Shown here: positions 1 to 12,313 of the stretch, piece by piece
Layout of the letters: the number at the start of each line of letters is the position of its first letter
How positions within the stretch are numbered: position 1 is the stretch's first letter
NCBI GenBank assembly: GCA_028023455.1
Contig: JAQFVV010000006.1
Span: 14,322,001 to 14,386,000 of the forward strand
DNA from: Epiperipatus broadwayi
Lineage: Eukaryota > Animalia > Onychophora
Reading direction: 5' to 3'
Length of the DNA stretch: 64,000 bases
Position numbers and translations under genes: made by a program
The notes under the pieces: generated by a model
Seen by the model: only the letters and a program-made list of their open reading frames with translations
Told to the model about the DNA's origin: nothing
Databases searched by the model: none

Positions 1-281
1 ATGAATCGATCACTTTTCATTGCCACATGCTGATAGTGCACCCCTAGGTTCTGGAGCCAAACATAACATCCTGTCTTTCTTTATAAAGATAGTGGTATAG
101 TATAGTTCACTTGCATATGTGTGCAAGATTAATTTTATGATATAAGTTAATATTTTTAAAAAAAGTTTTAAATGAGAAAATAATTTGAGTATATTAGTTT
201 TATAATTATCTTAAATTTTAGAGTTTAGTTTGCGCTATTAAAAACAAATCTTATAATACTTTTATGTGTTTTTTTTTTTAG

Positions 282-1799
282 ATCCACAAGCCATTAAATC
301 CTTCCAAATTATTAGTAAAAAAAGCATTGGCGTTATGGAATATACAAAAAATGCGAGCTGATAATACAACGGTAGTGACTGTTATGATTGATCCCCAAGG
401 ACCATCACGTTGTGAAGTTCTCATAAGGCACCGTACAATGAAACGTCTCAGATCACGAGGAAGCTCTGATACTAGTATGTATTTTTTAACTGACCCTGAT
501 TCATCAATCTCATCACAACCCATTTGCAAATCCGAAGCTTCCGATCGTCAAACGTACAAAACAATAAGTAAAAAAAGTGATTGTTTAAAGAAGAAAACAG
601 ATATTTTGCATTCTTGCGCAGGATCTTTTGATTTACCTAATAAGGATCATTTCGATTCTTTTTCTTCAAAATCTGCTTGGAAGAACGATATTGTTTCTAA
701 AAGAAAATGTTATGATCATTGTGTTCCTACTCCGATAAAACGGTCTTCACTGATTGAAAATGTTGATAAATCTGAGAGCAAATCTTTTGATTGGAAAATA
801 TATAATGATAACAGTAACAATAATGGTATTAGTAATAATAATAATAATATTATTAATAATAATAATGTGTATAATAGTAATATTAATAATGTTCATAATA
901 ACATTTCTTCAAAATTTAAAGTCGATAACAAAAGTGAAATTGAAGGTTCATCTTTATTATCATTTCCACGAAATGGAATAGGAAAAGTTATACCTCAAAT
1001 ACAAAAATCACCCGATTATTCAAACACTGAGCTTGGAAAAGTTTCATGTCCTCGTAAGATTTTGGATGACATGTGTACAAATATTAAAATGTACAACAAC
1101 GTTAATTTCAATACTGAAGACAGCAGTGAAGAAGATGGTGTGGAAACATCATGTGAATCTTGTTTAGATCGGCAAGTTTGTGAAAACACTCATTTGGGAA
1201 TCGGTGAGGATTCCCATCATAGTACTAACAATAATACTGGATTAAAAACGTCTTATAAATTGACCGCTAATTCACGGATTATAGAAGAGGAAAGTGACTC
1301 TCAAAACAAATGTTGTATATGTAAGGATATTGTTGTAGTTCCTCCTAGCCAAAAGAAATTGTCTAGTAACACTCATCTTATTAAAAATAGTAATAGTAAT
1401 TTAGTACTTCCATGTGAGGATCTACCTGTAAATTCAAAAATTGGTGAATCACCTCCCTCTGGACTTGTTTTGAGAAACAAAAGAATATCTTTTACCACAA
1501 AAGATTTAAAATCTCATTCAAAGCATCATAAACGATTAAATTTGTTGCTAAAAAGAAAATCTGTGGTAAAAGAAATATCACATTCTTTGACTGAGCAACA
1601 ACAAAAATATACAAATCTGAAACATTCTCAGTCATCCTACCATAAAGTTGAAAATTGCTATACATGTGACAACACCTTTTTAAAGCTCGACACAAACTCA
1701 AACCCGTCTAAAATACTTCTTTCCCATGTCAAATCAAATAGAAAACGTAAAATATGTCATGAGAAAATATGTAATTTGAGAAAGAAAGGTCATGCATAA
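282..1799 (+). CDS. PPM1D: Terminal coding exon of a PPM1D/WIP1-like PP2C phosphatase
   Basis: Polypyrimidine tract and AG acceptor at 280-281. The in-frame extension of the 327-1799 ORF reads IHKPLNPSKLLVKKALALWNIQKMRADNTTVVTVMIDP, matching the C-terminal PP2C motif of PPM1D (human: [26 protein letters not shown]). A long Ser/Asn/Lys-rich tail follows to TAA. Upstream exons lie outside the window. Confidence 0.85.
   Translation: MHKPLNPSKLLVKKALALWNIQKMRADNTTVVTVMIDPQGPSRCEVLIRHRTMKRLRSRGSSDTSMYFLTDPDSSISSQPICKSEASDRQTYKTISKKSDCLKKKTDILHSCAGSFDLPNKDHFDSFSSKSAWKNDIVSKRKCYDHCVPTPIKRSSLIENVDKSESKSFDWKIYNDNSNNNGISNNNNNIINNNNVYNSNINNVHNNISSKFKVDNKSEIEGSSLLSFPRNGIGKVIPQIQKSPDYSNTELGKVSCPRKILDDMCTNIKMYNNVNFNTEDSSEEDGVETSCESCLDRQVCENTHLGIGEDSHHSTNNNTGLKTSYKLTANSRIIEEESDSQNKCCICKDIVVVPPSQKKLSSNTHLIKNSNSNLVLPCEDLPVNSKIGESPPSGLVLRNKRISFTTKDLKSHSKHHKRLNLLLKRKSVVKEISHSLTEQQQKYTNLKHSQSSYHKVENCYTCDNTFLKLDTNSNPSKILLSHVKSNRKRKICHEKICNLRKKGHA
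803..900 (+). repeat. Imperfect (AAT)n tract encoding an Asn-rich segment in the PPM1D tail
   Basis: aataataataataatattattaataataataat; translates as NDNSNNNGISNNNNNIINNNNVYNSNINN. Confidence 0.85.
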
Positions 1800-1977
1800 A
1801 CTTATAATCAGATATATTTTATACGCACATTAGATTTTTATTTTTCTGGTATCTGTCCATATCAGTTTTTAATGATGTGTTGAAGCTAAAGCGTATCATT
1901 TACACTACAAATATATTGAAAAACTGAAAATTTAATATACCAGAATAATGATACCAGTGCTTTTTTGTCTCCGTTAC

Positions 1978-1983
1978 AATAAA
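1978..1983 (+). promoter_or_regulatory. Candidate polyadenylation signal of PPM1D
   Basis: AATAAA about 180 nt after the stop codon. The background is AT-rich, so this is weak evidence alone. Confidence 0.35.
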
Positions 1984-2439
1984 AACGTTGTATATTACCT
2001 GTATATAATACAAAATTATTTGTATCATAATAGTAAATTATTACCAAGAACCAATTAATCTTTGGTATTTATGGTAGAAACTACAAATTTACCATTTGTT
2101 TTTTATTTGTGCATGCGTGTTATTTCATTTTTCAAATTTTTGAATTTAATCTATAGTTTTAGCACAATGAAATTGTTTTCTTACTACGCTATTAGAAGCA
2201 GGAATATAATCGAAGTACTATGAATTAAATACAAATTCCACCTATTGTAGTTGTAAAACAAATCCTGGTGAGATTTTAAAATATTTATCTATATAATAAT
2301 AAAAAAAGTAAATATATTTATACTTATATCCAGCTAGTGCAACATGCAACTTTGAAAGAATTTTTTTTTTTTGCAGTCTGTTTTGAAAATTAAATTTATC
2401 ATATTTTTGTACTTTATATAATTTGATTTTCACATACCA

Positions 2440-2645
2440 AAAATGTCCGATCCAAGAAAATAGGAAAATAAATGTATGAATTCAAGCTCGGAGTGGATTT
2501 ATCAATGTAATTGTAAAAGTTGAAGGACGTAAATAGAAATGGAAAGAGCAGACGGTCGATGGAATAGAGAAGTCCTTGAATTACGGTGGACCTCTTCTTG
2601 TAATTGCCACTTCCACCTCCGCAAATCGATGATAAAAAAAAAAAA
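2440..2645 (+). mobile_element. Decayed 3' fragment of an RTE-clade LINE
   Basis: Translates in part as KWK..RADGRWNREVLE (RTE WAGH..RW region) and ends in gatgat plus a poly-A tract. Confidence 0.45.
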
Positions 2646-4509
2646 AGTTAAAAAGAAATTTTATTTTTTTAGTTCTTACTATATATACAATACACACCTG
2701 TCGATATATATATTCTAATAATTTTAACAAGCCTGTAAATAACTTACGGCTTATCAACTATGTAGTACTGATAATATAAACCTATTCATAGAATAACCAA
2801 AGTCGAAAACATTACTATATTAATTCACATACCATATCGCCAAAGAATCATTTAGATAAACTTGCAAATAACGGTCATCTTTTTTTTTATATTGGTACCA
2901 ATCTATTCATTAAATGACAAATATATTGGCATTGATATAAGAAAAAGTGACGTTATTTGCGAGTTCATTTAAACAATTGTCGAACTTTATTATTCTGTGA
3001 ATAGATCTATATATACATATTATATACATTTTTGACGTGCATGTATCATATGTATTCACACCTATACATATATATGTGTTAAAAATGCATTTTACAATAC
3101 AGCCCATTTTATTAACATATTTTGCCCTAGATTGGACCAAATATTATAGATATAGAAGACCTTACTGTGATTTTTTTTAAAAACATCAAGCAATTTTTAT
3201 CTCGAATTTAAAATTTTATTGTAGTGAATTACAAAGATAAATATAATTTTTTTTTTTTATCTTTGTTTTAAAAAATCACTGTAAATATATTCTAAATTTT
3301 TCTATATAGTCATTTTGAAAGTATAATTTTTAGCTTTTATATTTGCACAGGGCTGTTGCATACATTATGTACATAAATATACACACAGATGTTAGTTAAT
3401 TATTATGCAGTGTGCACATATAAACATTTATGTGTATTTTTATATACATGCACACACAATAATATAGAAAAATTAACATGTTAAATATAATATGCACTTA
3501 ACTGGCAGATAAAATTCAATCTGCAAAATTAAATTGGTTATAATTAGACAATAAATAGAAAATCTGATCTTTATTCTACATAGATATTCAGGTGTTTACT
3601 TTATGAACAGGAAATTCTGATGAAATGCATGAATAGAGAGGAGATTCATCTAGAAGATTTAATACTTCAATAACAGTTCAAGATTTGTTACAAGCTTGGA
3701 GAAGTGTGCTATAAATCTGAAAGATTTGATTGTTTATGAATATTTATCTGGCACACGTTAATTTATCACATATCAATATAATGCAACTCGTGTATATTCA
3801 TATATTTATGTGTGAATGCATCATATCTGTGTGTCTATATATAAGAAAAATATTTCGCTAAGTTTTAAAATTCTTTTTTCTAAGAAAAATAATTTTAATA
3901 TAACCTTAGAACATGTAGGTATTTGTTCAAATTATTATTTTTAACTTGTTATTGACTTTTATTCATTATTAGATTAAATGTCATGCATGCGATGACATTA
4001 AAATATTTTCATATATTGTTTACAGTATATAAAAATCTATGACGATGGATTTATTATTTTATAAAATAAAAATGAAATTAAAAATCAGATATAAAGTTAT
4101 TAAATATCCCTTTTACTTTTTTAATGAATTTAATTCCATTTTGTACAAACAAAAGTTTCTAAACTGTAACACACTTTTTAAAAAAATTAAATTTATAATT
4201 ACATTACTATCATTATTTTCTTTCTAATATAATTAAAATAACTTAGTTTTGTGTTAGAGGTATTTATATGTTCTCTAGAAAAGTCGTTATGTATGTATGG
4301 TGTTTAAAATCTTGGCGGTACTTTAAGCGGTATTAAACTTTAAAATTGCTATGTCTAGCCGATCTAAGGGTGCACTTCCCATGAGTACAAATCATTACTA
4401 AACAGTTAATATTTAGATAATTTAATGGACGATCCTTAATAGCGTTTTAACTGTTTATATACATACGATTATTTTACATAATAAGGCCCGAAGTCATACA
4501 TAAATAATA

Positions 4510-4750
4510 ATGTAGATCAATATGACCTGTAAGAGTCCTAGCTGGCTGTTTCCACATTTGGAGGCCAGCTCTCTGCATTTGGAAGTCACTGTGCCATGGG
4601 AGCGATCTGTTTCAATTTATATGTCAGTTTGCACAGGAGATCTTCCAAGAATCAAGTGAAGTCTTCCTGATCCAATTTGTACTAATGCATTCATTGTGTT
4701 TATCTCTGAAGTTGATTGACTCAAACTCCCGTCCATCTGCTCAGGTGATT
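4510..4750 (-). mobile_element. Possible decayed non-LTR endonuclease fragment
   Basis: Reverse strand gives LHLILG(R/D)..., and TLTGHIDLH-like segments reminiscent of the GDFN and IDLIF motifs of APE domains, with frameshifts. Confidence 0.3.
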
Positions 4751-5244
4751 ATTTCAATGCTTCATACAAGAATTTACATCATTATCTCCGACTTTAATTA
4801 ATAAGTTATTTCAGTTTATCCTTTATCTTATGAAGGTAATCTAAACATGAATTTCTCTATTCAACAATGATGTATTCTACCCTCATTAATTAGTCTGTTA
4901 TTACTTTCTAGAAAATAATACTTTTTCTAATCTTGAAAGATATAATAAATTTTTTACTTACTATTTTAAAAGAATCAGTCTTTTAAAATTCTTTAATTAA
5001 TTTAAATTTATTTCTTTTTCTGTTTAAGTTTATTTATATATGTATATGCATTTAAGCATACACATACATATCAAAAACGAAAACTGAACATTGCATTTAT
5101 TCGAATTTTGATTCAAAAAATATATGAATTCTATAATTATGTAAGTGATTCACAATTTTTTGCATAAATTTAATTTAATTTAAATCAATTTTAAGTGCAT
5201 GAACATAATTAGCAGAATATGAAAATATTTTTCAATATATAACA

Positions 5245-5395
5245 ATAGACCCAGAAAGAGACCACATGTAAGATGGATGGATGAAATAAGAAAGTGTGCA
5301 GGGGTGATGTGGAGAAGAGAAGCTAAAGATCGGAGAAGATGGTTTGAACTTGGAGAGACCATTCTGCAGTTGATTGATAATGGTTGATGATGATT
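5245..5395 (+). mobile_element. 5'-truncated 3' end of the RTE LINE family at 39600-42435
   Basis: Clear nucleotide similarity to 42285-42435 (ccacatgtaagatggatggatgaaataagaaagtgtgc...ctgcagttgattgataatgg), ending in a tgatgatga tail. Confidence 0.8.
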
Positions 5396-7319
5396 ACATT
5401 ATATTAAAGTTTCTTTCATAAGTTCAGATTTTCACTAGTTGAAAACTGCTAATATAAATAAAATTACATCTCATTCAGAATGAAAATTTGCTCTTTGTTA
5501 TATTGTTAGTCATTTTGAATGTAATTTATATTGCATAATTTAATTTTTTATTCAATCGGTAAAAAAAAGATCATGATCTAAAATTAAAAATAAAGTTTTT
5601 TTAAAAAATTCTTTATGAAAATTGTAATTTTAAAATTTTTATTCCAGTGGGAAAAATTAAATATATTTCTTTTCTTTTTTTTGTTTAACATAACCACGAC
5701 TGTTTTCTGTAATGTAATTATTTGACAGTGATGATTTTTTTAAACATTCATCAATGTATTTAGTGGACACTAGATGGCAGGAATAGTGATTCTTGAAAAT
5801 TAGAGTAGGGAGTAAAAACGGTATAATGACTAATATTTCTAATGTTTCATTTTGTTTGATAAGTAGAGACTGCATAACGCTAAGCAACTTCTTCAGACTT
5901 AGATTGGGAATAATCACTAAGAATAAGAAAAGCAAGTGAATGAATTTGGGTTCATACATGAATTAATGACCTAATTATAAAAGTTAAGCAGTTGCGTACT
6001 AAAAAAATTGGGTCATTCCCTTTCCAACATACTGAATCAGAAATAATAGTCGTACTGGTTTTATTCAATGGCAGCTCTTCAAATGCAACGTATTGCAAAA
6101 GAAATAATGCCTTCCCATAATTCCAACTCAAATCTATTGCTTTCATATTAGAATTTTTAAATAAATTAAGTTTCAAAAACTCTTTTAATAAAGATGTATA
6201 ATTCTGAAGCTATTAAACTTATTTAGAAATTGTGATAGGAAAGTAAGTTAGTGGATTTGTAACTTAAGTTTGGCTAGTATATATAATCACTTTCTATGAC
6301 ATGTATACTATATGAAAGATAAGCAAAGGGTTATAAATGTGTAATATTTAAAAAACAATATGGGAAAATAATTTCCATGTAAAATATGAAGTCTTAATTT
6401 GGGATTAATTGTATAAAATCCAGTCGAGAGCTCTTGATGTTATGTACACTGAAGCCCGTAACTTTATTCTGTAGAATTAAACTCGTATTGAGATTATTAA
6501 ATATATTTTACATTAAAATCTTATTTTGACATATTAATTCTCTAATATTATGTGCTTTTATGATTTTTTTTTTGTTCATCTTAACACGCACACACACATG
6601 CATGACTTTATTATGCTTTAAAATTTAGATTGACAAGTCTCGGAAAAGAGATGATAATTTGGAATTTTTTTATTATCAGGACATTTAATAAAATGTTCAT
6701 CTTATTGAGCAAAAGACAAATTAGAATTAGATTTGCACATATATATATATATATATTAAGATACTAATAATTTTAATCACATCAATTAACATATTCAGAT
6801 ATGATTGTTCTGTGAAGGATTTATATTTTTATATATTTAAAATCTTTACTCCAACACTTACTCTTGGATCACGCAGACACCTAAATGTCTGAGTGTTTTC
6901 AAAGTTGTACGATGAAGTGAGGGTTTTAAATATATCTTAAAAGATATTAGTCATGGAAAAAGAGAGGAACTTGAGTTATTCCATGGGTTTATGTTTATCA
7001 ATAAACACATTTTAATTTAGTTAGAGATAATCTCTAGTTTAATAAATGATTAATAATTAGTGTTAATGTATTTATCTGAAGTAGTTGGTAGCAAAGTTGC
7101 CAGTGCAGAAAGATTGACATGTACATAAAATTTTAATATATATATATAAACTAAAGGCTTCAGGGTAGCAGATGCTCCGATCATTTCCAAGACTTAAATT
7201 AAAATCTAGCTCAAGTCAAACCTGAAAATACTTTTCCTTTGAAGGCTCTTTCCTAACACATTCACAATTCATTCTAATGCTTTGGCAACAAAACAAAAAT
7301 GTGAGATAATATTTTAAGC

Positions 7320-7745
7320 CAATAAACATCACATGATCACCATTTCCTATACTTTCTTATAACTTATTAAAACAGGCAAAATTCTCCATAGAGTATTGCC
7401 ATTCAATGCAAGCCAGCCAGAGTAATGAATGGATGCCAGAAGGCTTGTGCATAAAATCCCCATCTAGTGCCTACTCATCCAATATCCCCAGACTAATTTC
7501 TGGCTTGAGGCCTTCGTCATTGAGGAGCCTTGGATCTGAGAGCACTTCTAATAATAGGAGATAGTAAGATCTAGGTGCAGTGCTCTCAGATCCAACCCCC
7601 CTCACTGACGAAGGCCACAAACTAGTCTGAGGACATTGGATAAGAAGGCACTAGATGGGAATTTTATGCACAAGCCTTCTGGCATCCATTGATTACTCTG
7701 GCTTGCACTGAGTGGCAATACTCTATGGAGTTTTGCCTGTTTTAA
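7320..7745. mobile_element. Head-to-head inverted pair of the hammerhead-bearing repeat (pair A)
   Basis: - copy at 7320-7545 and + copy at 7566-7745. Hammerhead-like motifs at 7485-7526 (-, C3>A) and 7599-7633 (+, GAAA deleted). The left copy has a longer 3' extension. Confidence 0.85.
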
Positions 7746-8053
7746 TTTATTTTATAAATGTAATAAAAAAATTTCCAGATTTCTGTAACTCACTTGAGTA
7801 TGATGAGTTTTTACAAATTAAATTTTTTAGGATACTGGAGCCCATATTTTCATATCTAGAATTTTCATGATATATATATTGAACTGGATGCTTTATCCAC
7901 TTTGAAAGTTCCATTGTGAAATTAAAACTTATATTTAGAAAGTTTAAAAGAAAAGTATTTAAAAGTTTTGTGTTATTTTTTTTTCTGTATTGAGTACATG
8001 CAATAACACACGTTTATATTTTAAAATTCTGTGATTTTATTTATTTTTCTTCT

Positions 8054-8192
8054 ATAGATTTTATTTTATTTTAAAAAAATTTTCTTTGGACACTTGTTTT
8101 TAGTTTTGATTGCAATCAAGAAAGAATAGATTTTATTTTATTTTAAAAAAATTTTCTTTGGACACTTGTTTTTAGTTTTGATTGCAATCAAG
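8054..8192 (+). repeat. Perfect tandem duplication of 67 bp (5-bp spacer)
   Basis: atagattttattttatttt...gattgcaatcaag occurs at 8054-8120 and 8126-8192. Confidence 0.95.
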
Positions 8193-8329
8193 TTTCTTTT
8201 TATTTTTGATTGTAATCTATGTTTTAAAAAAAGCAGAGACTTATTTTTGCATTTACTTTTTTAAAATTAATTTTGAATAAGATAAGAGCCCTGATCAGAT
8301 GTTTTTTTAATTAAAGATTAAACGAGATA

Positions 8330-9400
8330 TTTACCCTGGTCAAAACTTCTAATTAAAGATTAAATGGGAGATAACAGTTCACATAAATAGCCTGGGTTTT
8401 TGGCTGATTATTATTCTGCTCATGAAGAGTATTGATTCAGCTTCTTATTATTTATATTTCTCTGCTTGATACTTATTCAGATTGTTGTGTTGCCCTATAT
8501 TTTAAAGATTTCTGTCCACATCTTTATATCACTTGCTGATAAATTTTTGTTTTCTGTTGATATCATATTACTGATTACTTTTTGCTAAATAGCAATCGTC
8601 TCTGCAGAATGCCAAAACTACATGCCATGAGAAATCATTACAATATGCAGTGCTAAATCAATCCAAAGACAAGCCCCAGATTCTGAATTGTGCCTTCAAG
8701 ATTATATCCTAAAAACATAGTCCAGAACTGATCCAAAGATTGTCCTCAGACTCCCGAATATATAAAAGTAAATAAAAGCCATCGTATAGAAACATATATA
8801 AACAACTTTGCGTATTCCGCTGGGAGAAGTCAGCCAGACCTAACATTATGCCTCGGGGTAAACCTATGTTTTCATATTATAGCCAGGGCTTAAATCTCTG
8901 TTAAAGTCTCCGCTTAATCTTAAAAGAAACCTGTTTTTTTAATAAGTTTTGCATATTCGTTCAAATATATTTAATTATTTTATTATGTATTGTATTTACA
9001 GTGTATTGGAATCTTAGTTTTAAGATTTCATGTTTTTAATTGATTTATCTGAGTGTATTGTGAGTTTATATTTGATATGCTTAGTGTTTTCTCATTTATA
9101 TTACTAACTCTTAATAAATGCTTGGGCAGATAATAGTAATTTTCTTTTAACTCACTTGTCCCTTTTTCGTTATAATTTAGTTAAGCTTGGTTTGTGTTTC
9201 CTGCAGACTGTAAATCTTTTGGCTAGCAGTTTATCAAGTATATTGTTCTGTTTTTCTTAGTGGAGATTTTGGTTTTCCTATGTTTCAGATTATTAATACC
9301 ATAATCTTTTCTTGTATTGGAATCTACTTTGATGATCTTGAACATGGTCATTCATGAACTATTCTGCAGACATTCTTAGTCCCGATGTTTCTTTTCCAGG
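8330..9400 (-). mobile_element. Decayed non-LTR retrotransposon APE endonuclease region
   Basis: Reverse strand shows IYSLQETQT (~9215), LSGDFN (~8910) and GSVLDYVF (~8725) in the canonical APE order, with stops and frameshifts. Confidence 0.6.
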
Positions 9401-10312
9401 CTAAAGAAAGCTCATCTACTCTGTTTTATTGTATTCTGTACAAGGCCATTTTGTTTTGAAACCTCTAAATAAGGAAACTGGAATTAGTTTATATAAATCG
9501 CTGATAGGAAGAAATTATAAATCCCTTTTTAAGTCTTAGGTGGGAAAACGAACTTATCTGCCAGGATGTTTAATGTTTCAATACTCTTGTACACTCTCTG
9601 ATAAATCTGCTAGAGAAATACAAATCAAACTTTCATATTTTTGTTTGCCTGGGATTTATTTATTTTTTATGAATTTAATAAAGTTTGAAATTATTTTGGC
9701 TAACATTTGTCTTTGTGTTCTTTTCTCAATTGTCTGAACAATGTTAAAGATCTTTCTCTCCCTGGGTCTAACTGGTAGCATTTATCATCATCGTTAACTT
9801 TTGGATCACTGCAAATTAAATTTTCTATATGATGTGATGAACTGTAGCTTCTCCTTAAACGGAGTCGAGAATCTCAACAATTATACCCAGAGAAACCTGT
9901 TATCCACTTTATTTTTGGTAGTGGCCTAGTGGCGCCCTCAGTGATCAAAAGAAGTGATCGGTACAATATATATATACACATTATAATGAAATTACTTTAG
10001 TAATTAAATAAACAATTTGACTGCCCACTTTAAATGTACATTTTAATTTGCAGTTTCTGTTTAATTATATTAGTTTTAAAATACAATTGTACACTTTTAT
10101 CATTTTTTAACGCTTTTTATTCTTTTTCTCTCTGTTTTGATAGGCCAGCACTCTTCTTCATGGCTTAATTTTATTATATTTTGTTTTTTAATTATTCTAT
10201 CCAGTAAAAATGTTGGAGAAAAATAGTAAAAAGAATTAAAATTAATAAATGTAAAGTTATATTCTAAATATATCGTAAAATTCATTGTGAACAGATAAAA
10301 AATTACAAATGG

Positions 10313-10603
10313 TCCTCGACTTTCGTTCCTAATTGGTTCCTGAAATGTGTACGAAAGTAGAATGATATAAAAAAATCATCCTAAAGTGTTTTTAAAATAT
10401 TTATTTTTTAATGAAATGTATTAGCATTTACATAAAAAACACTTTATTGATTAGTATCTGGTGTTTTTATAAATTTATCAATTGTATTCTTTTTCTTTTC
10501 ATGATAAAAAGTACTATAACATGCAGTGTCTTTTCCTATTGCCCTTTATACGAAATAGCGAGAATTGTACTTGTACGAAAGTAGAATATATGAAAGTCGT
10601 GGA
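10313..10603. mobile_element. MITE-like element with imperfect 14-bp terminal inverted repeats
   Basis: tcctcgactttcgt ... atgaaagtcgtgga, with internal repeats of gtacgaaagtagaat. Confidence 0.45.
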
Positions 10604-11759
10604 TTGCCTGTAGTTATAATTTCTATTTAATTTACTGCAAAAAGTGTGTTTTTTTTTATAAAGAATATTTAAGTACAACCATTTAAATTCTAATTTATCT
10701 AATAAATAGTATAAAAGGGATATTTAAACTTTAAATTTTTTTTTATGAATAAACAGTTTGACAATTTTATTTGATATAAATAAATAAAATATATCTTATA
10801 CAAAATGAAGTAAAATTTTATATTAAAATCCTGAATTTAAAAAAAAAATTTATGATTTTATGAATGGTTATAAGATTAAATAAAAAGGGAATTAATACCC
10901 ATCACTGATTCTTGAATTTTATATCTATAAAGATATTGTAAAATAAAAATGTAATTTTATTTATGTATTATAATAAATATTTTGTCTGTGTATATGTATA
11001 GATGATATTTCTTCTCATTTTGGGCATGCGCGCACAATTTTTATAGAAATTAAAAAGTTGTATTTTAAGCATATATATTTATTAAAAAAATCACTTCTTT
11101 TGGGTTAATGATCTTGTAGTGTTTAAATAATCTTGAACGATATATTGCGTGCCTTCAGAGTATTTTAGAGCTTGTAAATTTGTTTCAATAAATGTTAATA
11201 TATCTATGTATTAATTTGTAAATTGTTATTCTATGTATTTTTTTTCTTATATTATAAACGTAAATGTTATAAATCTATTTATTGTAAAAAAAACTTGGAA
11301 TAATCAGAATTAATTACTTTTTTTAAAATTTGAACACAAATATAATTTTCAAAAATATTAATTTATTATACGGTTACTTTAGAATATTAATCTGGGCTAT
11401 TATTGCTGCCATGTTATACTGTATGTAAATGAATTGTCTTGATTTAAGATTACAATTTCACATTTGACTGTTTGCAGTACTTTTCTTTTTTGATGTTCCC
11501 CCCGTCTGCCCTAAAATTTTGATTGACTAACTGTCTTCTTTAAGACCGTAAATGACAATATATTTATTTTTTTAATAACACACAATTTTGATATACAAAT
11601 AAAAATCCTTTGTATTATATATTTTTGACTTTAATTACTTAAAATATAAAATAAAATTATATACATACCAATTTATATTTAATATCTGTTGTGCTCTAGA
11701 CATCTTTAATTTCATTTATTTTAATCAATTACTTAAATTTTTATATGAATATATTATTC

Positions 11760-12100
11760 AATATAAATAAAACATACGACACATATACTAAGAAAAGCTT
11801 GTTTAATATCTTAAAATAAAATTACAAAAAAATCAAGTCAGATGTCACATGACTTAATTTAATAAGCTTGTATTTACAAATGTTATATATAGAGCTCACA
11901 AAATAAGCTCTTAAAAAGCTTTGAAAATATCCCCAACTCCAGACCGGTTTGGGGTTTGGAATATTCTCAAAGCTTGTTAAGAGCTTATTTTGCGAGCTCT
12001 ATATATAACACATCTTAAAATAAAAATGTTAAATACATTTTTATTTTAAGGTATTAAATAAGTTTTTCTTAGTATATATGTATGTATTATTTATATCAAA
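11760..12100. repeat. Fold-back palindrome centred on ACCGGT (second hammerhead-related family)
   Basis: Core arms 11881-11942 and 11949-12010 are inverted, with centre ACCGGT at 11943-11948. Outer arms catatactaagaaaagcttgtttaatatcttaaaataaaa and its reverse complement. Same sequence family as 18591-18650. Confidence 0.85.
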
Positions 12101-12313
12101 TTACTTTTTCCGAGAAAAGTTTAAAATTATTGGAGTGAATATATATATATATTAATATAACTAAACACATATATAATACTAATTATTTTAATCACATAAA
12201 TGATTTTATGGTTGATGTAACATTAGGAATTATGTCACACAACAAACATATACGAATATTAAATCAGTAAACATTATATGATCACTATTCCCTATGCTTA
12301 CACAAGCTGTTAT

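Noticed and set aside
278-529. Antisense and overlapping short ORFs on PPM1D (278-529, 754-981, 1492-1701)
   Set aside because: Shadow frames of the real exon or of the AAT repeat; no recognisable motifs
5657-6176. Two adjacent - strand ORFs with an IISDS segment reminiscent of retroelement RNase H
   Set aside because: The other RNase H motifs (WVPxH, GNE.AD) are absent; insufficient support
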